DNA of 54,644 bases, the filler included, from Sphacelaria rigidula (Eukaryota), in the NCBI GenBank assembly GCA_964200075.2. It is 2 parts of 2 records of this genome, joined end to end, with 100 filler letters (N's around TTAATTAATTAA, not from the genome) between each part and the next. Parts side by side here need not be neighbours in the genome. Positions count along the whole stretch, not along the records: positions 1 to 27,287 come from CAXNAA020000121.1; 1 more part is not named here. One strand, written 5' to 3'. A program made the translations under genes and the position numbers. The stretch's first letter is position 1, and every line of letters begins with the position of its first letter. Shown here piece by piece: positions 13,745-27,387 of this stretch. A model generated the notes under the pieces. The model saw only the letters and a program-made list of their open reading frames with translations, did no database searches and was not told where the DNA came from.

Positions 13745-14456
13745 ACCGCCCACCATCATATTCGGCCAGAAAAGCGACCGGTAGCTCGATCTCTCAAAGC
13801 CTCTGCAAGCGAGTCTGGAGGATTGGCGTATAAGACACGCGCGCCGGGACGTTGTGACGGTCGACCCGTGTATTTTTCTGTACAGTGCCTACATTCATTC
13901 ATGCCTAAGTTCGTGTTTACATTAGTTCGCTCGAAAATAATGGGGAGGGGGGCGGGGGGATGAAAGAGGGGGAGTCCGTAGCGATGTTTTGGATGTAGCA
14001 GAAGCGTCCGCAACTGCTCATCTTATCAAGTACAGTAGCATCCTACTGGCTGCTATTAGGGCACTTGTCGAGATTGTGTGCGGCGACGGGGAGCTGGTTG
14101 GCAGTTGTTTGTAGGAATGGCGCGCAGGGGGGCAGGGGGGGGTCTTCCGGGTTGCGGGTTTCAATCGGGGTGTTTTTTGTCGCTTTGTTCTTGCGATTTA
14201 TTTCGTGCTTTCTCATTTCGATCGGGGGTGGCGTCATGTATCGGCAGAGTATCTAATGATAACATATCAGCAACATCAGCACAAGCGACTCATCGCTTCA
14301 TATATCGAGTTTCTCTACAATGACACTGCCTGGGAGATACGAACTGCATTCATGCTCGAATGGCACAAGCTTTTCGGAGGTGACGTGAAAGTGCAAGTCA
14401 GCGCACAGCGTGCGACTGTTTTTTTTTTCGCATCAGCGTCCCTAACTTTCTTTTTA

Positions 14457-15097
14457 TATCGCACCCCTGTGCGATAACTCCGATCCCTGTGTAGAAATCA
14501 AATCGAATCATCTGCTTCTGTGCATTTCACGCACACCCCTGTGCGATAACTCCGACACGTGCGATGCCGAATGGAATCACAGGGGCGACACGTGGTATTC
14601 CCAACGCATACCCCACACCCCTGTGCGATAACTCCGATGTTGATTGAAAATCACACGGGGGGGTACTACTGTTTCTCCATGTGTACTAATGTAGTAGGAT
14701 CCGCTTGCCCTTTAGAAAAGTGCACACAACACACCACACCAAAACGCGGCGAAATTTGGGTGAGAGGTAAAATCTCCACTGAGGTGTACACACATGCACG
14801 CACGCATCCACACGCATACAAACAGATGTATTCCTCCTGCCAGGCCAGAGGTTGCAGGCGGGGAGACGGTGGCTACCGAGTATTCAACGGGAAAGTTTCT
14901 CACTGTTACGCGTGCACCGCCACATTTCCATACACCCGGCAGTGGAGCCCAAGTTATATACGGCGCCGCGAGATGAGAGCACAAAAAGACGAACCGTTGT
15001 TGCAACTCAGTGTGTTCCCCGGTGTTGCAATGGATGGCACGCGACCTCGCACCCGAGAGGTGTATTTTCTCGGAGTTATCGCACCCCTGTGTGATAC
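14457..15097. repeat. Repeat/MITE-like element with reiterated CACCCCTGTGCGATAACTCCGA motif
   Basis: Motif at ~14462, ~14534 and ~14616, plus an inverted TCGGAGTTATCGCAC at ~15070. Confidence 0.55.
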
Positions 15098-15889
15098 GAA
15101 CGACCCTTGTCAGATCTCCGACCTGTGCGCGTACTCGCGCTTGAACGGTACGCGGATGTCATCTAACGCGCTGCGACATGTGTAACACGATGTGCTGCAC
15201 TTGGCTGCGTCTGCAAGGGTCCTTGGACGCCGCAGATACGTGTACCAGATAATCCTTTGCATCCTATACTCTGCGAAAGTTGAAAGTAAAACGCGCCCCT
15301 TGTACAAGGTGGGCATACGGCATCTCCGACGCTACCGTGTGTTTGATCGCTAACCCTGATGACAGAGTTGGGCGCTCGAGGCGTCGTCTGCGTGGCCTGC
15401 AGAATCACGGATTGGAGGGAGCGGATTCCCGTGCTCTTCTTCGACTACCATATGTGTGGACCAGGAGCGCACTGTCCTCCGTGCAAAATCTCAGTGGACT
15501 ACGAGTAGGTGATGCATGGGCTGACTGTGGTGAGCAGTCGGCGTGCCTTCTTTCATGCTCACTTATCATTTTTCAGCATGTTGAACCGGGTGCGACCACG
15601 CATGTGCTTAAACTTCTGTCTCGTCAACGCTCTTGTGTCTAAGCACATCGTGTGCGCAAAGACCTTCATGTGCCTCCGACCACCCGTGCTGGGACGCCTC
15701 TATGGACAACTTGCCTCAGGAAACACAATGCCCACTCAGTAGCTGCGCAACCACTCTGATGGTATCACAGTCAGCCGCTGACTACCCACGCTGCAGCAGA
15801 TTGATGCAGTGCGGAGTGGCGCAACAAGAACCAGCAATGTCATTTGGCAGGAGCAGCACTTGTGCAGGCACCTGCTACTGGTGACCCAT

Positions 15890-16145
15890 GAGTGATGCTA
15901 CGGTAGGGGTGCACAAATATTTTCCAAGATTGGAATTTTTAGAAGCCCCATATTCTATCCAAAATACGACTTATGAAATGTGTGAGATTACGCCAGGATT
16001 ACTTTCCCAGTGTGCCAGGGATACCCCGAATGAATTTGCAAACGGGGATGCCCTGACCCATACTTTTGTGCATCTGGAATCGTTGGGAGCCCCTAAACAA
16101 GACCAGATTTTGCGCAAAAAGTATACCCATACCGTGGCATTGCTC
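15890..16145. mobile_element. MITE with ~25-bp TIRs beginning GAG, degenerate 4-bp TSD (ccat/tcat); Sola2-like
   Basis: Left end gagtgatgctacggtaggggtgcac, right end gtatacccataccgtggcattgctc. A second copy lies inverted at 46434-46690. Confidence 0.8.
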
Positions 16146-16303
16146 TCATCTGCTTCAAAATCGCAAACATCAAATATCGCCTGTACAGTGTTGGGAAGCG
16201 CCCAACTTCACACATGTGATGCATACAATCAGAAGAGAAAAGAGGCCTGACGATGTAGCACAACATGCCGGCGTAATGCATTTTTGACCCGTACAAATGC
16301 TTT

Positions 16304-19300
16304 CTACTCTGACAAGTCGTCTTCGGCCGACACACTCCCGTCCAATCGCTTCAGCAGCGATAGCTTCTTCTTTTTCAGGATGGCCTCCTTGATCTTCTCC
16401 TGGGAAGGCACGGGCACGTGTGCTCGCACCTGCGCCGACGTTGCGGCTGAGGCCGCTGCCGCCGCCTGCCCCTTGAGGGGGGTAAAGTGCAAGGCAGTCA
16501 CAGCAGTCACAGGCGACAAGGCAGAGACGCCAAGTATGAGTGTTAATGCTCATGCCCCACAAACAGCGTCATTCCGTGAGTACAAGGTCGCTCATACACG
16601 CAACACCAACACATCTCACCAGAGAAGATTCACCTGCGCACATGTTTTTACTAATCCCCGTCTTCAGACACAAGCGAAGTAGTACCCTGAACAATACCTC
16701 AGTAGCAGGGGACGTTCGCACCGATGTCATCGCTAACACATGCTCGCGCTTGTGCTTGATACCGTTGTAGCAAGCAAAAGTAATACCCCCGGGTAAGCCT
16801 TGTTTCAATCTCAATTTTCTCGACCCGGTGGAACCCTAGGCTGCCGAAAGTTACTGTCTCAGAAATACGGCGTCGAACACAGCTGTAGCGCCAGTTTTTT
16901 CTTGGCATCACCGGCTCTTTCCTTTCAAGAGGTCGAGACTTTTATCCAAGCAGCGGTTAACTTGGTGCATCTACTGGTAGTCACACCTGTGAACATAACT
17001 TCGCACAAAGGTTTTGTTGTTGAGAGCGTGTTAACTTTGTTTCCATTAAGTAAGCAGTCTCTTGAAAACTCCAGGCGCCGCAATCTGTCAGAATTGCAAC
17101 GTAGCTTTTCTGGCGAGTGATGCGCGGCATCTCCGTTAGCACGTGGGCTGTGGAAATCACCCTTAATTTGCCTCTCCCTCTAACATAGTTCAGGTTTTCT
17201 CTTTCCTCCCAAGAACAATATAATATATTTTCAGGTTTCGCCAGAAACATCAACACACCAGCCAATTAAGACCTGAAGATGTAGTCCGAACCGCATGCTG
17301 GCCGTCACCATCACATCTACAGCTGTAATGATAGCATCAGTTAGATGTTCCCTAATGTGCGCTTTTAATTCCCTCATTTGATTGTTTCCATGAGGTGGTG
17401 ATGGGTGGCAGGCCACTTTGGTACCATTTTCATCGCCACAAACCCATAAAAATATGAAAAAAAATATCCTCAGAAACAAAACGTATAAGCAAGCGAAGCG
17501 ACAAGCAAAGGCGTAGCCTGTCACTTACTGCTACTACTATTACTACTACTACTAACATGTCTTCAGGCAAGAGGGTGGTGTATCTCTCGGTTCCGGCAAC
17601 CCGTTTCCGCCCCGATTTTTGTGGGCCAAAGGTGAACACACATCTTAGACCTTACCCGAAAACAGGCTGGAAGAAGTCTGAAGCCAACTACAGGAGCTGC
17701 AGGAATTACGTACAGCACACATATACTCATCAGACGACCTCGTCCTTTCCTTCCCGCTTTCTTTGGAGAGCAGGATAATGTCCATGCAACTCCCCAATGC
17801 AGCCAACCTCTCCTCCTGTTCAGTTGACAAGATTAGATCAACTTCTCTCACTCGCAGCTATCTCCCGATCACATCTCGAAAGAGTATACACCCCTACTCC
17901 GAATTCAGTAGCAGTCGTGAAACTAGAGTCAGAATCAGGGTAGAGATCTGATCGCATCTGACAGCTGAGTAGCTGGGATACAGTGTACCCTAACCCTAAC
18001 CCTAACCCTAAAAATAAAATATTAATGAAAATAAAATAGAGTATCCCCGCCCGCCCGCTCTCCTGGCTTTTCAGGCTAAACAAAAATATACGATAGTCGT
18101 GACATTCTCGAGACAATTGCTACCTCCTATGTGTGATGATTTCGCCATCACAAAGTTTGATACCTGAACGTCCTGCACATCTTCGTCGTCAGCGTCCTCT
18201 GGTTCCTCCTCCCCGTCCTCCTCCCTTCTACGTTTTGCTGCTTGCCACTCGGCCACAGCCTCCTCTACTTTCCGCTTTTCGACCACGGCCTCCTTTGCCA
18301 CCAGAATACCATCCTCCTCGTCCCTGATGTCCGAGGAGCAGTCATGGTAGGGTAGCGGGCGGTAAAGGAAAATGTACAGTATACACAGCGAAAACGTACA
18401 GCGAACAACATCAAAAAGTTTAGCCTTGTATGGGAACGTTGTGAGAAAATGTAGAGCGTGATTGTACAAAAGGCCGAGAACAGTATCAAGTGCAGCACCC
18501 GGAGTAGAAGAGGGAAACATTTTGACGCAGGTAGTGAAAGGGAACGTGGACAAACACCGCTATCACGGGAGGTGATGAGCAATCATAGAAATAGACATGA
18601 CATGCGGAACAAAAGGTGTAGCAGGTGCGAGATGAGAAATACGCGTCCACTTTCTCATGAGCGTCATCGCATAGTGCGACCTCCCTGAAGTATACGAGAG
18701 TGTAGTGCTATACAGTATGCATCAACAATCGAAGGGTGTCGGCCGTCGCAAACAGCTCCTGGTAGGCATTGTAGCTGCCGGGGATGTCAGCCAATATGCG
18801 CTCGAGTGCTCATGGCCCTTTGAAGACATGGAGGAAGAAACCACCGCGTAAGGGCGTGCCCCACCGAGACAGATGACCTGTTTGCTCAATCAGTTTGCAA
18901 ATAGATTTGCGCCCATAAAGACAACTGCCAGACTTATCGAGAACACATTTCGTCCCGATGCAAGCCAGATGTGCACACAGGTTCGAATATGCGGCGGTCT
19001 TAGCTGTCGTCGCGGGTTCATCTCTGCGCCGGTACGGCAAAGACGCGCAAGAAAAGGCAACACCTACACACCGATCCACAAACATGCATGCACAGACATC
19101 AACCATTTATGCGCATTAGCTTCACCGCTACGTCTCGCACATATACACACAACAATCTCTGTTCGATGGAAATCCGTTTCATATTGGCGTAAAGGTGGCC
19201 TCGTGCGCGTCAATTCCGACCAAAAACGTACCGTCGCTGACCCTCGTGTGGGTGCTTTTGGCGCACGTCTGACACAAATTCTCGTTTCCCTCTGAATTCT

Positions 19301-20409
19301 GGAAATATTCGACCGAAGGAAAGCTCATCACGCTCAGCTGATCAATAGCTACGGCTAGACTTACAACTTTATATGTTCGTTCACAGGGGAAGTGAGGCTC
19401 TCACTTTCATGTGTTGTGTTGGGTTGTGCGTCAAACGTTTGCATGTGCTCCTCCGATCGCTACGTTCATGTCGCAGATCATCGGTTTGCGCAAACCGAGT
19501 TCAAAGACTCCTGAACGATTATCAAAAATCTGTCCGCGCGAGCAGATTTTGTGGCAGTCCTCTCGGGAGGTGGTATCGCACCGATCGATCACGGGACCCA
19601 TAACAAAACAGATTTTGAGAAAATTGATTACTCTGCCTCGGCAGAACAGGTCCTAAACTCTCGAATGTCCGTGCCTATGAATCACGGGATACCTGCAGCA
19701 TCCCGTGGGTTAACTTTGGAACCGTCGCGAGCTTCCTCAACCAATCGAGACATGACACACTTGATCTCCCAACCTCAAATCTCAATCCTCAAAACTGCGA
19801 GGCACAAGGTATTATCTATCTCCGCTGTATCGTACTGTGGACGACGTGCGGAGCAATGACGGCACTGTGCTGTACTGTAGAGCATGACAGGCGTTCCTGT
19901 TGAGCCAATTCGACGCACCTGTACCCGTAGTAGTCGGGAGTGATGTACTCATACATAGCCTTCCGAGTTCGCCGCGGATTCTCCACATCCGACTTGTGGA
20001 ATAGCTCACGCACGCCTGGCAAATCTTTCGCTGCACCAAAATATTTGTACCCACCGCCCCCAGGTAACTCCCGTCCATCTGCATCGTACGATTTTGGAGC
20101 ATTTGCAGCATAATCTGGTCCACCTAACTCCAGTATTCGCTTGTCCCAGTGCGTCCGCTCTCGCAAAAGCTTATTGATTTGGTCATTCAGATCGCGAATT
20201 TTGTGCTCCCCGGCTCCGGCATTTTGGATCTCATGCACCCGTTTGCTGGTCTCGCGTATGATATCCCTCCGCCACATCTCCGCGTCTGTCAGATTTTCGC
20301 ACTCTGATGCCAGAAACGGCCGGCGCCCTCTCTCCGGCTTGGCCATCTGCTCCTTCATGGTGGTCCACTTGTTCATCATCATCTGCGCTTTTTCTTCATT
20401 ACGCGCCAT
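16304..20409 (-). CDS. ISY1: Pre-mRNA splicing factor ISY1; exons 20409-19919, 18323-18164, ~16465-16304
   Basis: MARNEEKAQMMMNKW...RRPFLASECENL...IRDLNDQINKLLRER.HW...GYKYFGAAKDLPGVRELF...PDYYGYR|DEEDGIL...HVPVPSQEKIKEAIL. Splice phases 2 and 0 are consistent with GT-AG. Confidence 0.95.
17988..18011. repeat. Interstitial telomere-like (CCCTAA)4 in an ISY1 intron
   Basis: Four CCCTAA units. Degenerate versions occur at ~3334-3348 and ~4803-4826. Confidence 0.7.
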
Positions 20410-20782
20410 GGCTGTCTAAATAGCGGGATAGATCCCCTAGTGAGCGGCAACTATTAAGGATGGGATAAGGCTGCTCACTCTATCCTCCGAGCCGGTCTTG
20501 TTAGATCGACCAATCTATCCCCACCGGAGTGGCGTCTGCGGTAGACACTTGAGGATTTACAAGGACAGGTGAACAAACACGGGATGCCGTTTTTCAAATC
20601 TAAGCTTCCGGTGGGCTAGGTATCATCCCACGACTGTAATAACGTACTGCTCCGTTCCAAATGTAAGCAGAGGAGTGCCTGAAATTCACCAGGGAACGCT
20701 GCTTACTGCTGGCGCTTGTCGGGTTGCGTCGGTTACCTCTGTTGCTCTCTGTTTCTGCGTAAAAGTTGCACACAGATATCAT

Positions 20783-21194
20783 TCAGTTATTTTCTAAAGT
20801 TTTATCAGTATCAACCATCATCCAGAGGATGCGGCGGAATTCTGCCAGCCTCAATCAGCGGTTTGAACTTTCAGTACAGGACAGAGCAGTGCCATGCAAG
20901 TGTACATATACGCGCGTTCGAATTATCGAAAGACGATGGTGGCATGTGCAGCTTTGGCAGTACTGCGTGACTTCCTCACTCGATTCCGTCAGTCATTTTC
21001 GAAAATTGTATCAGTATCAACCATCATCCAGAAAGTGCGGCGGAATTCTGCCAGCCTCAATCAGCGGTTTGAACTGTCAGTACAGGACAGGGCACAGTGC
21101 CGTGCAAGTGTATATGTACACGCGTTCGAATTATCGAAAGACAATGATGACATGTGCAGCTTTGGCAGTACTGCATGACTTCCTCACTCGATTT
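20783..21194. repeat. Tandem duplication, 2 x ~205 bp, between ISY1 and LRRIQ3 start codons
   Basis: Units ~20783-20984 and ~20990-21194 share long identical runs, e.g. tatcagtatcaaccatcatccaga and gcggcggaattctgccagcctcaatcagcggtttgaact. Confidence 0.95.
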
Positions 21195-21347
21195 TTCTCG
21201 TAATATTACACAATACACCACTTATCGCAGAGGGCTCGCCATAACTTGTCATGACTTCCCTCCCCCACAGGACTGTGATTTGAACCCTGGTTCATTTCAC
21301 CACTCTCGACCTATCCCGTACCCCGTAATCGGCGTAAATAGCAAAAG

Positions 21348-22711
21348 ATGGCCCAGCACGCGGTGGTGCCGCGTGTATGGATTCTGCCAAAGGAACATGG
21401 AAGTCAGGGGAATAAACTCGCGACTTTCCCCGCCTGGCGACCGAAACAGCAGCAGAGCCCGGTGTGGCGATTGGCAGATGAGGAAAACCTTGACCTCAGC
21501 TGCTTCGAAGGACGTGTGCTGGACGTATCCTACAGTTCCTTGCCGGATCTTCGTGGTGTCGCCGCAGCGCCTTCGTTCGAGTGGTTGACGGTTCTGTCAT
21601 TAAAGGAGATGGGGCTAGAAAATATTGAGTTGTTGAGACATTGTACGATGCTGGTCTACCTGGATTTATCTTCGAACGAGATTTCCGACCAAATCGATGA
21701 GATGTTTTGGACGTTTTGCCCGGATCTGTTGGTTCTGCTTCTGCACGGGAACAAGGTGAGAGGCTTGGCAGTGGTGACCCCAATCATCAGCCAACCGTAC
21801 ACATGGGCAAGCGGTGCAAAGACCTTTTGAGTGAGTATCCAACTTGACAATGACCTTGCAGTACGTAAAGCGACAAGGCAATGTTGTCGCACTCAATTGA
21901 GGCTTTTTGCTCTCTTTTCGTTGGGACGTTCGCCAGCATTTGAGTACAATCGGCCTATTAATAGTCGGTAGGAAGGGCGTAACGTTTTATGTTCTGCGCG
22001 CACCATCTACTTCAAGACGATACCACTCATTTCAATATATATATATATATTTATATATATTGCTGCTATTTTGACCCGCGCTTGGTGATCCCGCAGATTA
22101 AGGATTGGCGCACGACGATTAGCATTGGCCGTGTGCCCCGACTAACGTATCTGACACTGTTCTACAATCCTGTCAGCACGATGAAGATGTACCGCACCTT
22201 CACAGCAAACTACTGCGAGTCGTTGCGCGCCCTCGATCGTCACGTTGTTTCTGACGAGGAGGTGATTGAGGGTGCAGAATTCCCCCCGTGCAGTCGGTAT
22301 CAAACATGCTCGGCGACACTTGCCCTGCCTTCAGCGCTGTTCGGAGCGCTTACGGAGATACCGCTTGCGTCACGTCCGATCAGACACTGGGGGGGCAACG
22401 CCGGGCTTCGTCGATCGGGGGCGTATCTTGATCCTGAAGAGAAAAATCATCCTAGTTCGCGCCATCCGTTCGGAGATGATGAAGTGTTGGCGAGTGTCAC
22501 GCGGCGCGTTGAAGTGCTGCAAAAGTTTCATTCGGGGCAGAGTCCTGTGATTCTCCTACAGCGGCAGATTCGACGATTTCTGTTGGAAAAGGTAATCGCG
22601 AACGCTGTGGTAAAGATACAGGCGTGTGTGCGGATGTGGATTGTCACTCGAAGGGCAATGAAGCAACTCACGGAGCTTCTGCGTACGACTGGGGAACTTT
22701 ACCTCATTCAG
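21348..22711 (+). CDS. LRRIQ3: LRR and IQ domain protein (LRRIQ3-like), 5' exons 21348-21755 and 22097-22711; 3' part not found before the contig join
   Basis: LRRs (LVYLDLSSNEI, FWTFCPDLLVLLLHGN), LRR cap (LTLFYNPVSTMKMYR...LRALDRHVVSDEEVI), then SPVILLQRQIRRFL and the IQ motif KIQACVRMW. Joins are phase-0 GT-AG. Confidence 0.82.
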
Positions 22712-23094
22712 GTGCGCGTTGTGGAAAAGTTGCTGACTGCTCTCAGGCGTGCTGACTGCGTGATACAATGAGTGCTGATGTCTCACGGTGCAAGTATAAG
22801 CTATCGAGTTGACCAATATCTTCAGCAATGGATGGATGTCACAATTCGACTCACCGGTTTTGCCTCTCATGATACCCGTCGATGATCAACTAAACTGATG
22901 AATAGCTCCAACATTCGCAAGTTTATTGGTATACTCGTTTCAGTATACACGAAGCTCACATTTTCACAGCCTCGGATTACAGAGTAAGGTGCAGACGGTG
23001 AACTTCAACGGGTCCGGATCCGCCATACTCCAAAACCAGAACGCGGGTATTTGGAAATCCCACACCTCGGATAACGATAACTATTATTCAGTCG

Positions 23095-23865
23095 TGTTCA
23101 AATAACTATGTGGTCAGAAACCCGTACAACTAGTTGCGTCCATACAACTTTTCGATCAGAAACCCGTACAACCAGTTGCGTACAGACAACGACTCAGTCA
23201 TGAACCTCTTCAACTAATGATATGTTGACAACTGCCGGGTGAGAAACGTATGCAAATAGTCATGGAGCAAGCAGCTACCTCGAAGAACAACTGATAATTG
23301 CAGCTAACAACTAATTCACTGTTCATTTCTTCAGGGTGTGAAATATTGTAGCTGTATGGATGGAAGGAGGTACGAGGGGTTGTACTCGTCCAGCAGTCAG
23401 TGCACACCATCGTACTACCTACCGCTGCTGCTTCTACAGCCACCTCCGCTGCTTCTAGCCTAGCCGCTACTGCTCTGTGAAGTGCACTTGTGCTACGCCG
23501 CTTGCCAGTTCAGAACATACCCTAACGAAGCAAGAAAGCACTATCGGATAAAAAACGGCTGCATTCAACCATTCGACCGGAAACGTGTCCAACTAGTTGC
23601 GTGCAAACAACTGCTCGGTTAGAGTCCTGTGCAACCAAGCTGCGTGCATACAACTACTTGATCAGGAGGTTGGGTACCTGTTTTAGTTACGTGCATAAAA
23701 CTATTGGGTCAGAATCTTGTGCGAGTAGATGCGTGCAAACAACTATTATACTTGGTCAGAAATGTGTACAACTAATTTCGTGCGAATGGTGACTTGGTCA
23801 GAATCTTGTGCAAACAACTACCTGTACTCGGTTAGAGACCTGTACAACTTGTTGTTGAGCGAGAA
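23095..23865. repeat. Degenerate ~43-bp tandem array (ggtcagaaacc.gtacaactagttgcgtgca.acaact), in two blocks
   Basis: Units visible at ~23110-23280 and ~23570-23860. Confidence 0.75.
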
Positions 23866-24187
23866 ACTCCCTTGAATAGTTTCCGTAGTTGCAAATGACA
23901 ACTAGGTAGTTGAAATTTGTCGTGGTGTGTGGAGATTTCGTACAAATGATATTTGCAGAACGCAGTGGGCTGTTGTAGTAGATTTCCTTGCCGATGCTTT
24001 TAGATGTACATTGCACTGTCTGTGCGAGACGTCGTCAAGCACCAGCTCTTCGTTGAGAAGTTTTCAGAATCGTGCATACCTTGAGAAGCATTTGACACCC
24101 TTCTGTCAGACATCCAATCCATCGTTACAATGACTCCTAAGCGATGCTGGCTGGTTCAGGATGAACGTCCAAAATTAATTCCCCCGC

Positions 24188-24464
24188 GATTTCTCTTGCG
24201 GATCCTTGGAGTTGGATACTGAAATTTCGCACACCTGTACTACGGGATGTTGTGAAAAATTATGTGCATGTATATCTTTGTTTTATTTAATTTCGCCAGA
24301 TATTCGGGGTCCCGGGGGCCATATGATCATGTGGTCTCGTGGGACCCCGGATGTCTGGCAAAATTAAATAAAACAAAAATACATGCACAGAAATTTTCAC
24401 AATATCCCGTAGTACACGTGTGCGAAATTTCAGGGTCCAACTTCAAGAATCCGCGGGAGGAATC
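24188..24464. repeat. Long imperfect palindrome (fold-back element), ~138-bp arms centred on ATGATCAT (24323-24330)
   Basis: Left arm tgaaatttcgcacac.tgtactacgggat.ttgtgaaaa...ttgttttatttaattt.gccaga is the reverse complement of the right arm. Confidence 0.92.
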
Positions 24465-25129
24465 ACCCTTAGGTCGGCTCACGTTTAATACTATCTGCTG
24501 AAACCTTGATTACTTGACCTTAGTGTCAAGCCGACCTTGCTCTTATGCATTTAAGCTTGCATCGACTGTTTGGGATCACGTTTTCGAGTTGCGTAGTGAA
24601 AATTCGTACAAGCGTCCCTTGGACGACCTGGGGATGACAAAGATACTTTTGAATATAATTTGAGGCATTCTCCACCGGCGTCCGGGGGTCTTCACGCCTG
24701 GGCCCCCATAAGCCGGTGGAGAGCGGATGAACTTGAAAATATTCTCAACACTTTTTTTCTGCTCTATTTGGAACACTCATATCTATCAAGCAGCCATGTT
24801 TGAGGATGATCGGAGTTTTCTACGACAGATATAACGGAAACCGCCCCGAGACTTTCTGGGTCTTTGGTGTATCTCATCAGTGGAAATCCGACGAAGCCAA
24901 AACCCCACGCCACCCAAGTACTATGGCTTGGGGTATAAATTGATCCCATAAAAACCGTTGCCAAATGTGTCTTTTGTGTTAGATTCCCTATCTGATGGCG
25001 GTTACTATGGTTTAATTTATGATGAGATTGGGTGGAAATTGTATCAGGAATTTGCCTTTTTAGTTTCAGAACAATTTCACGGTTCGGACGAATGAAATGG
25101 GGATTCGAGTCATATTCAGCATTTGTGTG

Positions 25130-27160
25130 AACCAACCATACGATTCGTGCACAAGGTGTGTTTTGTACATGTTCTGGATTCGTGATTCGTGCGGCACTGC
25201 TTGGAGTGTACACATTCCCAGTGCGTGATTCGTACGATACACCGACGAGTGTACACGTTTCCCACCTTCCATTCGTATGGTATGAATCATAGGTACATTC
25301 TTCCTATTTTTGCACTGATGCAGTATGAATCATAGACACACGTTCCTCCCCCTTCCAACCATATGCCATGAATCACAGGTACATGTTCCCCATCTCCTGT
25401 GCGTATGACATGGTGCGTAAGAATATATTGCTTCTCACCTGTCATTTCATCGGGCGCGACTCTTCGATGGCGTGGTTTATTGCAGGTGGGGTAGGCAGAT
25501 AAGGGCATACAGGTTGCGAACCTCCCGAGAGCCATATCCTCAATAAACCAAAATTCAAGTATTGTACGCGCACGTAACACAACACATCAAATACAGTACA
25601 ACACACGCTCCTGCGTGCCTAGAGCGCTTCTTGTAGCCATTGATATTCCCGAGCTATGCTATTGACAGCCTCTGTGGTTCCATTTGTGACTGCATGTTGT
25701 GTTCCGTGGTACAGTTGACCTGAATATAGCACACATGAAGAAATATTTCGAACTCACGAGCACGAATCATACTTTGTAACGAGGCGTCCGCGAGATTCAA
25801 TACTGATTTTAGTGTGCAAGTTCCTCCGCACTGCCCCGGGAGATGACTGTTCGGGCCAATGCCAATGCTAGGGGTCCGGTTAGCGGGTTCGTGCTTTACT
25901 TTGTGCGGGGGTACACACGCGTTCGCCACCGTTCGAATGGACGCGCGATCGCGGTGGTACTGCAATGTTTCCGGCGGGCATGAACATTATTTCGAGAGAG
26001 GATCTATTCTCACGAGGGCTTTCACGAGGGCTTGGCAAGGCAAGAATACCGAGACCTTCCAAGAAGACGGACGGGACCGGGGCGCAGCCCCGGGTCCCGT
26101 GCGGCTTGTACTGTAATCAATATTACGAAGACCTGCGAAGAAGACGGCACCAGCACGAGTCGTCCCCGCATGTTTGTGGGAGTTTTCGGGAAAACTCCTG
26201 CAGCGTACATTGCAGTCCGCAGACAGTGCGGTACAGTGTAGCACAGCACGCATGTCCGCGCCTAGAGTGATTCTTCTAGCTGTTTATTTTCCCGAGCTAA
26301 GCTATTGACGGTCCTTCTTCGGTTTCCTGTTTTTCTTTGCGGTACAGTTGGCCTGGATATATATAGCAGTACGAACACAGCATGATACAGCACCGGTACC
26401 AATAGAGTCGTCCCCACGTGTTCACGTGAGTTTTCGGACACACTCCGGCAGCGCCCACTGCAGTCAGCGGATGGTACACTATAATGCGGCACAGTACAGT
26501 ACAGCACAGCATAGTACTGTGCAATCTGTACGGCGGACAGCAAATAACAGTAGCACGGAACCTTCCATTCATACTGCATATTTCTCCCCTTGGTTCATGC
26601 AGCAAGAATCACGTGATTCATGTACACGCTTTTCACCTTGCATTCGTGCACCGAGGGTCATGGGTACATGTTTCCCACCTCCCACCCATACGCCATGGAT
26701 CACATATACATGTATCTTCCCGTTCATTCATGTAGTATGAATCATGGGTGCATGTTTCCCACATTTCATTTATACGAGGTGAATCAATCGTACATGTTGC
26801 CCAATCTCCACTCATGATGAATCATACGTACTTGTTCTACGCCTTCCATTCATACGAGGTGAATCACACGCGAATATTTTCCAATTTCCATTCGTGCAGC
26901 ATGAACCATACGCATCTGTTTCCCATCAATGACTGATACAGGAATTGTGATTCGTACATACTTTGCACTCTTGATTCGTGTGACACTACTTGGAGTGTAT
27001 ACATTCTCACTTCGTGATTCGTGCGGTATGACCTTGAACGTACAACTTTACAATTCATGATTCATAACTAATGACTCTTTAGTATATGATTGGCGCTCAA
27101 CATTCATGGAGAGTCAACCCCCATGGACTCCGATTCGTCCGAACCATGAACAATTTTGAA
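25130..27160. repeat. Composite repeat region: degenerate ~42-bp arrays (tgaatca...tacatgtt.ccc...ttccattc) at 25130-25420 and 26590-27160, plus direct repeats 26140-26250/26385-26510
   Basis: Visible internal periodicity and duplicated segments, e.g. cttggagtgta.acattc at ~25200 and ~26990. Probably transposon-internal repeats. Confidence 0.65.
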
Positions 27161-27245
27161 GGTCCCTGATTGGCCGAGAAATATATTCACTTCTAGCGCT
27201 ACAGCAAAGGACGCAAATTTGTTCTGGCTATGCCACACCCTAACC

Positions 27246-27287
27246 GCCGGTCGCCCCGGTGGCTCAGTTGGTAACCTCGAATCCTTC
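27246..27287 (+). mobile_element. 5' head of another SINE copy, cut by the contig end
   Basis: gccggtcgccccggtggctcagttggtaacctc is identical to 6845-6877. Confidence 0.85.
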
Positions 27288-27387
27288 NNNNNNNNNNNNN
27301 NNNNNNNNNNNNNNNNNNNNNNNNNNNNNNNTTAATTAATTAANNNNNNNNNNNNNNNNNNNNNNNNNNNNNNNNNNNNNNNNNNNN
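27288..27387. other. Artificial scaffold spacer N44-TTAATTAATTAA-N44
   Basis: Exactly 100 nt and symmetric. The central 12-mer gives stops in all six frames. Confidence 0.98.

Noticed and set aside
23095-27160. CRISPR-like periodic arrays
   Set aside because: Units are degenerate tandem repeats without unique spacers, there are no cas genes, and the context is eukaryotic.
27332-27343. TTAATTAATTAA palindrome inside the N run
   Set aside because: Synthetic six-frame-stop linker, not biological. Adjacency of the left and right halves is therefore unproven.
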